A stretch of DNA of 64,000 nucleotides, from positions 1 to 64,000 of the IMG/VR virus record IMGVR_UViG_3300030104_003872; one strand, written 5' to 3'. The first letter of the stretch is position 1, and each line of letters begins with the position of its first letter. This document shows positions 41,592 to 51,189 of the stretch, in pieces. Origin of the DNA: a virus. The position numbers and the translations under genes were made by a program. The notes beneath the pieces are model-generated. The model was not told the DNA's origin. It saw only the letters and a program-made list of their open reading frames with translations, and did no database searches.

Positions 41592-41884
41592 AACATTTCA
41601 CCTCCTCGGGGTTTCGCAGTCCTCCCGCTTCGCATATCTACAACTACATTTATCTAGTATATATAATGTTCTAACTCTTGAGTTGTGCTTGAGTTGTAGC
41701 CTACTGCCTTACTACTAGAGTAGATACTACGCGTGTAGTGAGTGAGTGCTCTTATTATTGGTAAAAGATTCGGTAGAGGTATTCTCCCGCCCGTAACTCG
41801 TGAGATGGAAACATTTATGTGCCGTCAAGATATATTAGTAGATATGTACGGTACGACGATAAGTTTTACACAGGAGGCTGAATA

Positions 41885-42313
41885 ATGAAATGCGAGGCAA
41901 TGGGGTGCGACAGCGAGGCTACGCTTATGTGTCACCAGAGTTACTTATGCGAGGGTTGTGGTGTTGAGATGGCGAAGGCGACAGGCCACGATACTCAACC
42001 TATTATACTGTCGTCTGTACTCAAAACTATGAGTGAAGAAGAAAAGGAGTTTCTTGACCCACTTACTGTTCTTGTCGATGACGAAGAGCATGACCACCGC
42101 ACATTTGATTTACAAGATGTCGGTACAATTGACCACATAGTACCTACTAATGGTTTGACCATATTCCATGAGCCTATTGTCATGGCGAGGTGCGTTCATT
42201 GTGAGGCATACGCTATCGGTCATATCAACAAGGTAGGAGGTTGGTTCGCGAGACACCAACACTACCACACGCACGCAGAGGCAAATGATGACGACTTTGC
42301 CATGCCGTCGTGA
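41885..42313 (+). CDS. Cys/His-rich hypothetical protein
   Basis: C..GC...LCEGC; CVHC...HQHYH. Confidence 0.65.
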   Translation: MKCEAMGCDSEATLMCHQSYLCEGCGVEMAKATGHDTQPIILSSVLKTMSEEEKEFLDPLTVLVDDEEHDHRTFDLQDVGTIDHIVPTNGLTIFHEPIVMARCVHCEAYAIGHINKVGGWFARHQHYHTHAEANDDDFAMPS

Positions 42314-42376
42314 GTTCAAAAACTTTATATCCTAGAATTAATTATTGGTAGTATAGCGGAAGCGGAGGAAAGTATA

Positions 42377-42943
42377 ATGAGCAAATCAGCCGAAGAAGAG
42401 TTAATAGAAGAGTGGAAAGAACCAGAGCAACCAATGGATTATCTGATTCGACAACAAGAGAATGCTATCACGCAGACCAAGTATCTATTCTACAAACTCT
42501 ATGATAAGAGTGACAAAGGATGGAGTGACGAGCAGAAAGAAGAGTGGGGTAATCATATCGACGAAAACGGTTTCCGCAAGTCGGAGTTATTCCAAGAAGT
42601 ACCTGCTCAACACAGATATGTGGTCGCTATACCAGAGACAGGCGAGTGGAAATCATTTAAGACTCGTTCCGAGGTAACACAAGACCGGCAAGGTGGAGCA
42701 ATGTACCCCTATGCTAAGTGGTCTAAGCACGAGTCAGCCCGAATGGAGGCCTATGGTGCTATGAAACTCATGAGTTTAGCGTGTTCTAAGGTCTTACCTG
42801 AGAACTGTGATGACGAGCAAGCGTATTTACGACCTTCCGACATTGAAAGAGTTGCACTTATCCTATTAGAGATTGACGCAGAGCGAAGGGAATTATCAGA
42901 GTATTACGATGAGTTAGCCCAAGAATTAGAGGTTTCAGCATGA
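42377..42943 (+). CDS. Hypothetical protein
   Basis: 188 aa; coupled to the helicase gene (ATGA overlap). Confidence 0.65.
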   Translation: MSKSAEEELIEEWKEPEQPMDYLIRQQENAITQTKYLFYKLYDKSDKGWSDEQKEEWGNHIDENGFRKSELFQEVPAQHRYVVAIPETGEWKSFKTRSEVTQDRQGGAMYPYAKWSKHESARMEAYGAMKLMSLACSKVLPENCDDEQAYLRPSDIERVALILLEIDAERRELSEYYDELAQELEVSA

Positions 42944-44571
42944 GTATTGAAGAAGAGAACCTTCCAGTTAGAGTTTCAGAAAGACTCAAGGAATTGAGTG
43001 ACACGAAAAGAAGTGAAATGAGCCTATATCTCTGGCAAGAAGGAGCAATACAGGCTTGGTCAGGCAACGGAGTTGCACGTGACCCTATTTCTGATAAACC
43101 TCTAGATGGTGATAAAGAGTTCTTTGGTATTGTCTCAGCCGTGACCGGTTCTGGAAAGACCTATGTTGCATCAGAGTGTGCGTGGGTCTGGTTACAGAAG
43201 AACCCAACCGGTAGAGTAACCGTATTGGTCCCGTCAAGAGCATTACAGAATAAGTGGAGAAAAGACATGGCCGGAGCGTTCCCCCACATGAGAATAGGTA
43301 TGATGGGTGGTGGTAGAAGAGATTTCCGACAAATATCAATAGTGACCATGAATACGGCCGCTAAAGGTCTTCCAGAGACAGACGGTGAGCATCTTATCAT
43401 TGTAGATGAGTGCCATAATATCGGTTCAGAGTTTCGACAATATGCTATTCGTAATAATTCTCATACTGCGGTATTAGGTCTTAGTGCAACTCCAGCGAGG
43501 GAAGATAGCGGTTTGACCGTTGTATCACACCTATGCGGTCCGGTCGTTTATCAATACAAGTATGACCAAGCACTCAACGACGATGTTATTATCCCGTTTA
43601 GAGTTAGGGCGGTTGCAGTTCCTCTAACCCATATGGAGCGTTCAGAATATGAAGAGATTACAAATCAGATTAGGAAAATCTCTTTCATCCTCCGTAAGCG
43701 ATATGGAGCAGGTACAAATTGGTTTGCACTCAAACAAGACCCATCAGACCCCGATACTGCTTTGACCACGTTCAAAGACCTATGTATGAAGCGTAAGAGA
43801 CTTGTAAATGAGTGTCATCTAAGATTCGAGTGCGTTGATGATATATTGAGGTTACACGAGAACAGTAAGACCATGATATTTCACGAGCGTATCAAACAAA
43901 TAGAGTGGATGCACGATAAATACCGAGGCCTATGTCCAGAGACAATACCAAATTGCGAGGACACATGGGAAGAAGTCGCTTTGACCCCACCGGACTGTTC
44001 CGAGTGGTTAGGCATGAATCCAGAGTTATATCACGGTGATATGACCAAAGGGGAAAATGATAGAGCGTTTGAGGCATTTGCCGAGGGCGATGCTAGTATT
44101 CTCTTGTCATGTAAGGCTCTTCGTGAAGGAGTTGATGTACCCTCGTGCGACTTAGGTATTATGGTGAGTGGTACTAATTCCGCTCGTGCTAGAGTTCAGA
44201 CACTTGGTCGTTGCTTGAGACGTGGAGAAGGTAAAACAGGAGCGATTGTATATTTACTCTATGTCCCAAATACGACTGATGCGAAAGGACTCGCTAATCT
44301 CAAATATGGTGGAAAACTACCCGACGGTACTATCGAATGGTGGAGATACACCCCCAACAAAGGTCTAGTTAAGTATGGTGAGGAAGAGCAACCCGAAATA
44401 CCTAAGAGGAAACCAAAAGCCGAGAAGAAGAAACATATATGTGACTCGTGTCATAAGGTCTTTCATACGGAGTCAGCATCGTTGTCAGAGAACCACCATT
44501 GCTATCCTCGATTAACCAAGACAGGTCGAAAGCCTATTGACCTTTGGGGTGATATGATTGGTCGAAAGTGA
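42940..44571 (+). CDS. Superfamily 2 helicase (XPB/Rad25-like DExH)
   Basis: Q motif (LYLWQ), TGSGKT, DECH, SAT, EGVDVP and QTLGRCLR. Confidence 0.9.
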   Translation: MSIEEENLPVRVSERLKELSDTKRSEMSLYLWQEGAIQAWSGNGVARDPISDKPLDGDKEFFGIVSAVTGSGKTYVASECAWVWLQKNPTGRVTVLVPSRALQNKWRKDMAGAFPHMRIGMMGGGRRDFRQISIVTMNTAAKGLPETDGEHLIIVDECHNIGSEFRQYAIRNNSHTAVLGLSATPAREDSGLTVVSHLCGPVVYQYKYDQALNDDVIIPFRVRAVAVPLTHMERSEYEEITNQIRKISFILRKRYGAGTNWFALKQDPSDPDTALTTFKDLCMKRKRLVNECHLRFECVDDILRLHENSKTMIFHERIKQIEWMHDKYRGLCPETIPNCEDTWEEVALTPPDCSEWLGMNPELYHGDMTKGENDRAFEAFAEGDASILLSCKALREGVDVPSCDLGIMVSGTNSARARVQTLGRCLRRGEGKTGAIVYLLYVPNTTDAKGLANLKYGGKLPDGTIEWWRYTPNKGLVKYGEEEQPEIPKRKPKAEKKKHICDSCHKVFHTESASLSENHHCYPRLTKTGRKPIDLWGDMIGRK

Positions 44572-44801
44572 GAAAATACATAGATGCGACTTAGAGATTA
44601 TTGGTTTTGATTATGACCAAAAGAAATGGGAGGTCACAGAACACCTCCGATGTAAAGAGTGCGGTGCTAGAGCAACAAAGATAGTAAAAGAGGTATATGT
44701 TCTTGACTCTTACTCAAAAAATATTAAGACATAGCCGGTAGCGACGTCTACTTGACTCAAGAGTCAGCAATGTTTATATCCTAGTTTGATATTTTGGTAG
44801 T

Positions 44802-46034
44802 ATGGCGAAAGACGGAGGCTTCGGAAGAAGCATGAGCAAGGAAAAGCGTAAAGAGTTTGAGCGTCAACTTGCTGATGAGTTCATTGAGAAAATAAAAAGT
44901 GGCGATGTCGGTGCTTGGAGTTCAGGTTGGACCAACTTAGGAGGCAATACTATGCCTCATAATACAAAAGGTCGCCCATATAGAGGTATAAACACAATAA
45001 TTCTCTGGCTTAGAGGTTCAGATTATAACTCTAATACATGGGGTACTTATCACTCTTGGAAAGAGGTTGCGAGGAAACACGCAATAAAAGAGGGTAAGTT
45101 TGAGTTAAAAATCGGTAGAGATGGAAAACCATACAAGCATACGACTGAGTGGTATGGAGTAAAGCAAGGAGAAAGCGGTACAAGCATTATTCTCTGGAAA
45201 CCACTCACATACAAGAACGAGAAAACCAATAAAAAGACAGGTGAGATAGAAGAGTCTATCGGTATGACCATGTTAATGCGAGTATTTACAGTATTCAATC
45301 GTGACCAGACAGGATTACCTGAGATTATTACAGAAACAGAGTTAGAAGAAGCAGAAGAGTTCAACAGTAGAGAAAAACAATTAGAAAACTGCCTCAATTG
45401 GTACATTGAGAACCCAAATCGTAAGGTGGTCAAGACTGGTGAGATGCTAGTACATCCTCATCCGAAGGCAGGTGAGAAACATACAGGTGAAGACCCTATA
45501 TGGGTCGTAAAAGATGGTGATATTATTCTCAAACACGGCGGAGATAGAGCGTTCTATACATCTAGCAGAGATAGGATAGCACTTCCTCTTCGTGAGCAAT
45601 TCAAAGAAAATGCGAGATACCTATCTACTAAAGGGCATGAGATTATCCATAGTACAGGTCACCCACTTCGACTTAATCGTGCTCTTGGTAATAGATTCGG
45701 GAGCGAAGATTATGCTAAGGAGGAATTGATTGCCGAGTTCGGTACTGCCTTTCTCATAGGCTCATTCGGCATACAGGGAGAACTTCGTAATGTTGAGTAT
45801 ATCAATAATTGGGCTTCGGTCTTGAGTAAAGAACCTAGATTCCTCATTACTGCGGCTCAAAGAGCACAAAAAGCAGTTAATTATGTACTCGAACCTTGGG
45901 TAGAACACGAGGCATGGCGTGACCAAGAAATAAATGACTTAAGAGAATATCTTGAGGGCAAAGAAATACAAATTACTCCTATGGGTCTTAACAGATTACA
46001 CGGAGATTTATCAGTTATGGAGGAAGAAGAATGA
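44802..46034 (+). CDS. ardC: ArdC-like antirestriction protein (DUF1738 ssDNA-binding + zincin-like domain)
   Basis: YRGIN.IIL, WGTY..W, VFNRDQT, AFY....DRIALP...F, HEIIHSTGH..RLNR, YAKEELIAE. Confidence 0.85.
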   Translation: MAKDGGFGRSMSKEKRKEFERQLADEFIEKIKSGDVGAWSSGWTNLGGNTMPHNTKGRPYRGINTIILWLRGSDYNSNTWGTYHSWKEVARKHAIKEGKFELKIGRDGKPYKHTTEWYGVKQGESGTSIILWKPLTYKNEKTNKKTGEIEESIGMTMLMRVFTVFNRDQTGLPEIITETELEEAEEFNSREKQLENCLNWYIENPNRKVVKTGEMLVHPHPKAGEKHTGEDPIWVVKDGDIILKHGGDRAFYTSSRDRIALPLREQFKENARYLSTKGHEIIHSTGHPLRLNRALGNRFGSEDYAKEELIAEFGTAFLIGSFGIQGELRNVEYINNWASVLSKEPRFLITAAQRAQKAVNYVLEPWVEHEAWRDQEINDLREYLEGKEIQITPMGLNRLHGDLSVMEEEE

Positions 46035-46104
46035 GTAAAAAGAAATTGAGTAAAGATGGGTTAGAGATATTTGAGTTCAAACTACCATCAAAGGAGGAAG
46101 AAGA

Positions 46105-46248
46105 ATGAGTTATAAGATATTGAGATTTAGATTTGAAGGAAAAACAAGAGTAATAAAAAGAGGATTGACACTCGAAGAAGCCCAAGAGCATTGCCGTGAC
46201 CCAAAAACAAGTGGAGATGGTTGGTTCGACGGTTATACGGAGGAATAA
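46105..46248 (+). CDS. Small hypothetical phage protein (47 aa, not in ORF track)
   Basis: MSYKILRFRFEGKTRVIKRGLTLEEAQEHCRDPKTSGDGWFDGYTEE*; GGAGG RBS. Confidence 0.6.
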   Translation: MSYKILRFRFEGKTRVIKRGLTLEEAQEHCRDPKTSGDGWFDGYTEE

Positions 46249-46249
46249 A

Positions 46250-46406
46250 TATGGCTATGAGCAGAAAACATTATAGAGTAATAGCAGAGGCAATAAGAAC
46301 AAACGACGATAAGAGGAAAATGATACTAGAACTCAGTATGTTTTTCAAGGAGGATAATCCTAATTTTAACTTGAGTAAGTTTTTGGAGGCGTGTCATTTT
46401 GAGTGA
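46250..46406 (+). CDS. Small hypothetical phage protein
   Basis: MAMSRKHYRVIAEAIR...DNPNFNLSKFLEAC; GGAGG RBS; start approximate. Confidence 0.6.
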
Positions 46407-46584
46407 ATACAAGAAGTGCAACGAGACACAACACGAATGGACTCGACAAGACATGGATGATAGCGAGTTCGATAAATTATCATTGACCTACCATTGTTTG
46501 CATTGCGGAGCAACGTGCGAGATGGAGGGTGATGTAAGGACAGATGATGGTAGGTTCATAGAGTGGGTGCTGACCGATGAGTAA
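46399..46584 (+). CDS. Small Zn-ribbon-like protein
   Basis: C...HEW...CLHCG. Confidence 0.55.
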   Translation: MSEYKKCNETQHEWTRQDMDDSEFDKLSLTYHCLHCGATCEMEGDVRTDDGRFIEWVLTDE

Positions 46585-47068
46585 TTGGTACTGTGGCGAC
46601 CCTTGTTATGTTATACACGACGAAAGATGGGGAGAGTTTTGTAATAAACTCTTTGCACACCCTAGTTATGAGAAAAACAACTACCCAATTGGTATAGAGT
46701 GGGAAGTCGATGGGAAAAAATACGAATTAGAGATATGGGGTTCTCCCGGAGGCGACGGGGTCTGGCGTTTTAGTGCAGGAGAACTTGGAGTTGATGCGGG
46801 ATTACTTTCTATCATTCCGGTAGAGTGCCTTGACCCTCAAGAGGCACCATTCGACAGACTAGGTATTATGTTCGAGGAAAAGCCAGTACTCGATGCCGAC
46901 TATAATGAGGGTAAAGTATGGTTAAATGGAGAACTAGATAATGATTGGGTCATGTGCGATTGTGGAGAAATGCAAAGGACAGAGCAGATTTGGGATTGTG
47001 AGCATTGTTTTAGTGCAGAGTGCGACAACTGTTACCCATGTTGCGACGGAAATGGTGAAGAGGAATGA
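46577..47068 (+). CDS. Hypothetical protein
   Basis: YCGDPCY and GVDAGLLSI motifs, Cys-rich C-terminus. Confidence 0.65.
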   Translation: MSNWYCGDPCYVIHDERWGEFCNKLFAHPSYEKNNYPIGIEWEVDGKKYELEIWGSPGGDGVWRFSAGELGVDAGLLSIIPVECLDPQEAPFDRLGIMFEEKPVLDADYNEGKVWLNGELDNDWVMCDCGEMQRTEQIWDCEHCFSAECDNCYPCCDGNGEEE

Positions 47069-47280
47069 GTAAGATGAATTGTGGATGCGAGTTTGATGAA
47101 GTAGAGTTGGATGAGCGTGTGTTAGGCGAGGCTTGTGGTTGCTCATCATGTCTGGACTGTGGACTCATCAACACACAAGACCCTAATCCTCAGAATTGGA
47201 AATGCTACCCCGACCACCCATGTTCCTGTGACTAACTCAAGAGTTACAAATGTTTATGTACTAGTTAGCGTTAGGTGTAG

Positions 47281-47392
47281 ATGTAGGGGGTTGTGAGGTG
47301 ATTACGGTTTTTCCAGACTCGTGTCTTTCATTCAAACGAGTCATCACATTTCATTGTAATTCTCTGGCTGTTGTTGTCTCCACCTCCTGCAA
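47281..47392 (+). ncRNA. Candidate structured leader/ncRNA
   Basis: Follows boxed promoter 47235; GTAGGGGGT pairs with ACCTCCTGC; internal GACTCGT/ACGAGTC and GTGAT/ATCAC stems. Confidence 0.4.
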
Positions 47393-47407
47393 TCAAGGAG
47401 ATTTAAT

Positions 47408-47758
47408 ATGAGAACAGATAGTTGGTCGGTACATGGAGATGAAATTGACGCAAAAGAGTATAAGAGCCTTGTTGAAGAGGCAGTTGTCAAAAACATGACC
47501 GAAAACAGAGATGTGGAATTAGAATTACTCATCCATGATGGCGAGTTTATGTCTGATGAAGAGATAATAGACAACCTTAGAGGTATGTTAGATGAGCACG
47601 TTTGGTATAGAGTTCTTTTAGACAAATATAGAGCACGCATAAGAACGGCCGAGACACTAATCAAAATGGTCCGTGACCATAATGGCTCTTTCGCGAGTGA
47701 AATTGCTATACAGACCAATGTTGACCTATTCCTAAGACACGGAGGCGAAGAAGAGTGA
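47408..47758 (+). CDS. Hypothetical protein
   Basis: 116 aa; AGGAG RBS. Confidence 0.6.
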   Translation: MRTDSWSVHGDEIDAKEYKSLVEEAVVKNMTENRDVELELLIHDGEFMSDEEIIDNLRGMLDEHVWYRVLLDKYRARIRTAETLIKMVRDHNGSFASEIAIQTNVDLFLRHGGEEE

Positions 47759-47873
47759 CGACAACATATAGACTAGAGATAATAATGGATGCAGACGACA
47801 AAGACGACTTTATTGATGTGGTTATGAGTCTGAATAGAAGAGAGTTAAGAGAACACGTTAAGGAGATGGATTA

Positions 47874-48452
47874 ATGGCGATAGAGATACTACAACAACCT
47901 TCTGTTGTGTGGCCGGTAGACCTTGATGCAGAGGATGATGACAGTTTCGGACGGACCTATGCAGAACAGGCTCAAGCATATTTTGAGCGTCTAAAAGAAA
48001 GCCCAGAGTACGGCGTGAGCACAGGTAAATTAGAAGCGACTTACGAAGATTGTCTCATATATGTATTGGCTAACTTCGGTCATGTCGATATGAAGCAACT
48101 AACACCCTCGGTTGTTAGAGATGCTTATGGAGATAACTGTTGGTACATACATACTCATAAAACTCCACAAAAGACTTTGAGATTATACATGAAAGTCGGA
48201 AATCCATTATCCGAGTTTGGGAGGCAGAATCAAGATTTGCTCCCAGATAACTACACTACTAGAAGAGTTGTATGTGAATGGTATGGTAGGGATGGAGGTA
48301 TAGTTATACTCTATGGTCCAACTCCGGAAGATACAAGATTATGGTCTTTCGGGTGTAATCACTCGATGGCGACTAGGAAGCGGATAGGTAGTTGTTATAA
48401 CGAGTATTCGTGCGAATGTGGAGCGAAATGGACGGTGGATTCGAGTGGTTAA
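47874..48452 (+). CDS. Hypothetical protein with C-terminal Zn-ribbon
   Basis: GCNH...GSCYNEYSCECG..WTVDSSG. Confidence 0.65.
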   Translation: MAIEILQQPSVVWPVDLDAEDDDSFGRTYAEQAQAYFERLKESPEYGVSTGKLEATYEDCLIYVLANFGHVDMKQLTPSVVRDAYGDNCWYIHTHKTPQKTLRLYMKVGNPLSEFGRQNQDLLPDNYTTRRVVCEWYGRDGGIVILYGPTPEDTRLWSFGCNHSMATRKRIGSCYNEYSCECGAKWTVDSSG

Positions 48453-48720
48453 ATTATTGAGATGGACAGGTAAAGTTGAGGACTTAGGTTCTGAGAAAGA
48501 TATATCAATGGAGCGTTATCAGCAGTTAGTCGGTGGTTACTTCGAGTCAATAGTCCTCAAGACAGGCGAAAGAGCGTATGTCAATGAGGATGCTTCTTAC
48601 TCTAACTTACCCCTCAATCCACTATGTTTTCTCCATCATATATACACGCAAGGTAGAGATATTCACCCAAGAGGAAATGTAATAGTTTTCTCTGATAAAG
48701 AATGGAGACAAATGACATGA
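48418..48720 (+). CDS. DUF3846-like protein
   Basis: QQLVGGYFE...YVNEDA...LPLNP...GNVIV. Confidence 0.6.
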   Translation: MERNGRWIRVVKLLRWTGKVEDLGSEKDISMERYQQLVGGYFESIVLKTGERAYVNEDASYSNLPLNPLCFLHHIYTQGRDIHPRGNVIVFSDKEWRQMT

Positions 48721-48953
48721 GAATTAATGAATTATACGACAAAATATATTGGAACGACAAGAATAGCATAGTAATACTCTGGCACACAGACGACGTGAAG
48801 TCGATAAGACCGGATTTAGATGATGACCAGTGTATGAAAGTTCTCAATAAGGTTTCTCGCAACCATGACGCTCAGATTGGAGTAAATTGGGATGTTTTAG
48901 AGTTTTGGGCTGACGAGTTATATGGTGTAATGAGGTCAGAGGAAGAAGAATGA
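48702..48953 (+). CDS. Hypothetical phage protein
   Basis: W..DDV...RPDL.DDQC..VL.....HDAQIGVNW. Confidence 0.6.
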   Translation: METNDMRINELYDKIYWNDKNSIVILWHTDDVKSIRPDLDDDQCMKVLNKVSRNHDAQIGVNWDVLEFWADELYGVMRSEEEE

Positions 48954-49419
48954 TTCGACCTATGGGACCTTGGTTTAATGAGCCATGCAAAAATTGTGGC
49001 GAGAAAGCAGACAAACAGGTCATTCTAGACCAAGATATTGTCTATCTCTGCGAAAAATGTTACTCTAAAATATGAGTCTTTTTTTGTAGTTTATTTCCGG
49101 TAGAGTTAAAGAGAAAATGCTTCTGCGAGATGTAGCACTCCGACAAAACTATTATAGGGAGAAGGGACAAAAAGGACCACTTGGGGCTTTCTCACGAGTA
49201 GGTTTAACACCGAAGAAATTGACGAAGAGATTCCTGTTACTCTATGGGAATGCGTCTTTTGTGATTCTCAATTTTACATTATCACAGACTGTAGACCAGA
49301 TTATTGCCCCGAATGCCTTAAAAGAGGCACATTGGTCTTTCTCGACGACATAGAAAATGATTCTTGGAGACCTAGGGACTATGAATAAGTTTATATCAAA
49401 ATACGCCTAGCATCCATTA

Positions 49420-49881
49420 ATGACGTTACAGGCACGAAGAAGAGGACCACTACACGCAGTTGAAGCGTTCTCAGAAAATAAAAATACTGTTCTTGATACT
49501 AGGAAAATGGAAGCGAAGCAATTATACTTTGGTTGGTGGCAGAGATACAATAAAACTCGAATAGATGAACCATGTCTTGTTCTTTGGTCGAAACAACTTA
49601 AGAGAAATATTCTTATTAGGGGGAATAAGATGGTAGGAAAATTATTCGGACAGATATTGTATGGAGAGGACATGGATGAAGATTTTGTATTAGAATCAAT
49701 GTTAGGAGAAGATTCTTTGGAATGGTTTTTGGCTAATCTCAAAACAATGTTAGAGGATAATGAAGATACTTATGATTATGAACCAAACTTTACATTAACT
49801 GGTGGCGGTCCACATCCTACAACACCTTCCCTTTGGTTTAACGGGTACGAGTTAGCAGATATATTATCAACAGGTGAATAA
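49420..49881 (+). CDS. Hypothetical protein (leaderless)
   Basis: TTTATAT at ~49390, ATG ~25 nt downstream. Confidence 0.55.
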   Translation: MTLQARRRGPLHAVEAFSENKNTVLDTRKMEAKQLYFGWWQRYNKTRIDEPCLVLWSKQLKRNILIRGNKMVGKLFGQILYGEDMDEDFVLESMLGEDSLEWFLANLKTMLEDNEDTYDYEPNFTLTGGGPHPTTPSLWFNGYELADILSTGE

Positions 49882-50254
49882 AATGGTAAGAGTAAAAACA
49901 AGAGAACAGATAAATGAAGATATGCCTAAGAGAAACAACGCAATTAGGGTTCAACATAGAATACACGCCCGACATTGTTGGGGTTGTGATAGTGTGATAG
50001 CAAGAGGAAACAAAAGACAGAAAAATCACGTAGGTTTGTGTAGACCTTGTATGACAAATCCAGACATAAGGCCAAAATGCTTAGGTAAAACGGTCAAAGG
50101 AAAACCATGCAGGGCAATGGCGACTAAACAACTTGATTATTCATACCCACAACCGGTAGGTTATTGTATAAGACATGACCCGCAAGGAGATTGGGATTAC
50201 TACAAGGATAGAATCACTAGAGGACCCAATAGTAAAGATAGAAAGAGGAATTGA
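49874..50254 (+). CDS. Basic Cys-rich protein
   Basis: CWGC, CRPC and C.G.T.KG.PC...YC.RH motifs. Confidence 0.6.
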   Translation: MNKMVRVKTREQINEDMPKRNNAIRVQHRIHARHCWGCDSVIARGNKRQKNHVGLCRPCMTNPDIRPKCLGKTVKGKPCRAMATKQLDYSYPQPVGYCIRHDPQGDWDYYKDRITRGPNSKDRKRN

Positions 50255-50451
50255 AAATGAGTCAGAATACTAATTGTGTGGTTTGTGATGCAGACCTTAG
50301 CGAGTATATTGGTCATGCAAGTTATGGTGACCTGTATTTAACTTGTACTGAATGTGGTAGAGTTGTATGTACTTACCACGATGAAATAGATTGGGAGATT
50401 GGTGCTTGTCCCAAGTGTGCGAATGGGAAAGGACGAAAAGGAAACCTTTAA
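50251..50451 (+). CDS. Small Zn-finger protein
   Basis: CVVC, CTEC, CTYH and CPKC. Confidence 0.6.
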   Translation: MKMSQNTNCVVCDADLSEYIGHASYGDLYLTCTECGRVVCTYHDEIDWEIGACPKCANGKGRKGNL

Positions 50452-50475
50452 TATCTAGTTCGTGTAGGGTACTTT

Positions 50476-50973
50476 ATGAACATATTTATCCTAGATGAAG
50501 ACCCAATAATGTCTGCAAAGTTTTACTGCGACAAGCACATACCTAAGATGGTTGTTGAGTTATACCAACAACTAGGTAGTGCAGTTATCCGACACGGTGC
50601 AACGCCCGACATGATGCCACTTACTAAAAAAGGTACGCCCCTACGCGGAGGTTACCACAACCACCCTTGTACCCGTTGGGTAGGAGATTCACGGGCTAAC
50701 TTTCTATGGGCTTCTTATCACGCCGCTATGCTCTGCGAAGAATATACAAAGCGATTCGACAAAACACATTTCTGCGAACATGGGATAGAAAAATTATACG
50801 AGTTACACAAACTTATTCCCGATGGCGAATTGACACCGTTTGCTCAGGCTATGCCCGATGAGTACCGTGATGAAGATGCGGTGGTAGCATATCGCAACTA
50901 CTATATGTACGACAAGTCAAGATTTGCACAATGGAATCGTGGTCGTGACGCACCTTATTGGTGGGTAGTTTAA
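50476..50973 (+). CDS. Pyrimidine-dimer DNA glycosylase/endonuclease V-like protein
   Basis: MNIFILD..P...A...CDKH..KM, NHPCT.W, EY..RF.K.H, AMPDEY, AYRNYY, P.WW. Confidence 0.8.
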   Translation: MNIFILDEDPIMSAKFYCDKHIPKMVVELYQQLGSAVIRHGATPDMMPLTKKGTPLRGGYHNHPCTRWVGDSRANFLWASYHAAMLCEEYTKRFDKTHFCEHGIEKLYELHKLIPDGELTPFAQAMPDEYRDEDAVVAYRNYYMYDKSRFAQWNRGRDAPYWWVV

Positions 50974-51189
50974 TTCTTTTTATTCTTTCAATCCCCTACT
51001 GAAATAATAACAAGGGCGTAGTACAACGGTTTTAGGTATATATTTTATTTCGTGTAGGGTGTAGATATATACTACTAAGGCCAGTAGTTATCATATACCT
51101 ACATAGGGAAATAAAAGAATTAGTACAACAGGGGCGTAGTATAGCGTTTTATTCTTTTTGTAGGCTACAGAAATAATAAAAAGAATTAA
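50970..51189. other. Candidate replication origin (AT-rich, repeats)
   Basis: 15-bp inverted repeat at 50970-50984/51175-51189; direct repeats CTACWGAAATAATAA (50996, 51165) and GGGCGTAGTA (51014, 51132); upstream of the MCM-like gene. Confidence 0.55.

Larger units (their letters stand above)
32714..41792 (+). repeat. Dispersed co-oriented bipartite motif (A/C)AAAG-N16-18-TCCGCCC
   Basis: Copies start at 32714, 33238, 33843, 33890, 34868, 35607, 36953, 38608, 40781, 41763 (degenerate 34021); all on the + strand, all outside the called genes. Confidence 0.8.
33338..47260. promoter_or_regulatory. Family of 11 promoters: (A/T)CTC-NN-GAG(T/A) box + 8 nt + TATA box
   Basis: Boxes at 33338(+), 34789(-), 35551(-), 36898(-), 38560(-), 38639(+), 41674(-), 41796(+), 42306(+, degenerate), 44755(+), 47235(+); each is 8 nt from TTTATA/TTTAAT/TATATA/TTTATG. 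Confidence 0.85.

Noticed and set aside
32739-41800. CRISPR array or mini-array
   Set aside because: Repeats are short and degenerate and are separated by genes or have no unique equal-length spacers; no cas genes seen.
46000-49000. Several proteins ending in EEE
   Set aside because: Explained by the purine-rich RBS (GAGGAAGAAGA-ATGA) of the overlapping next gene.
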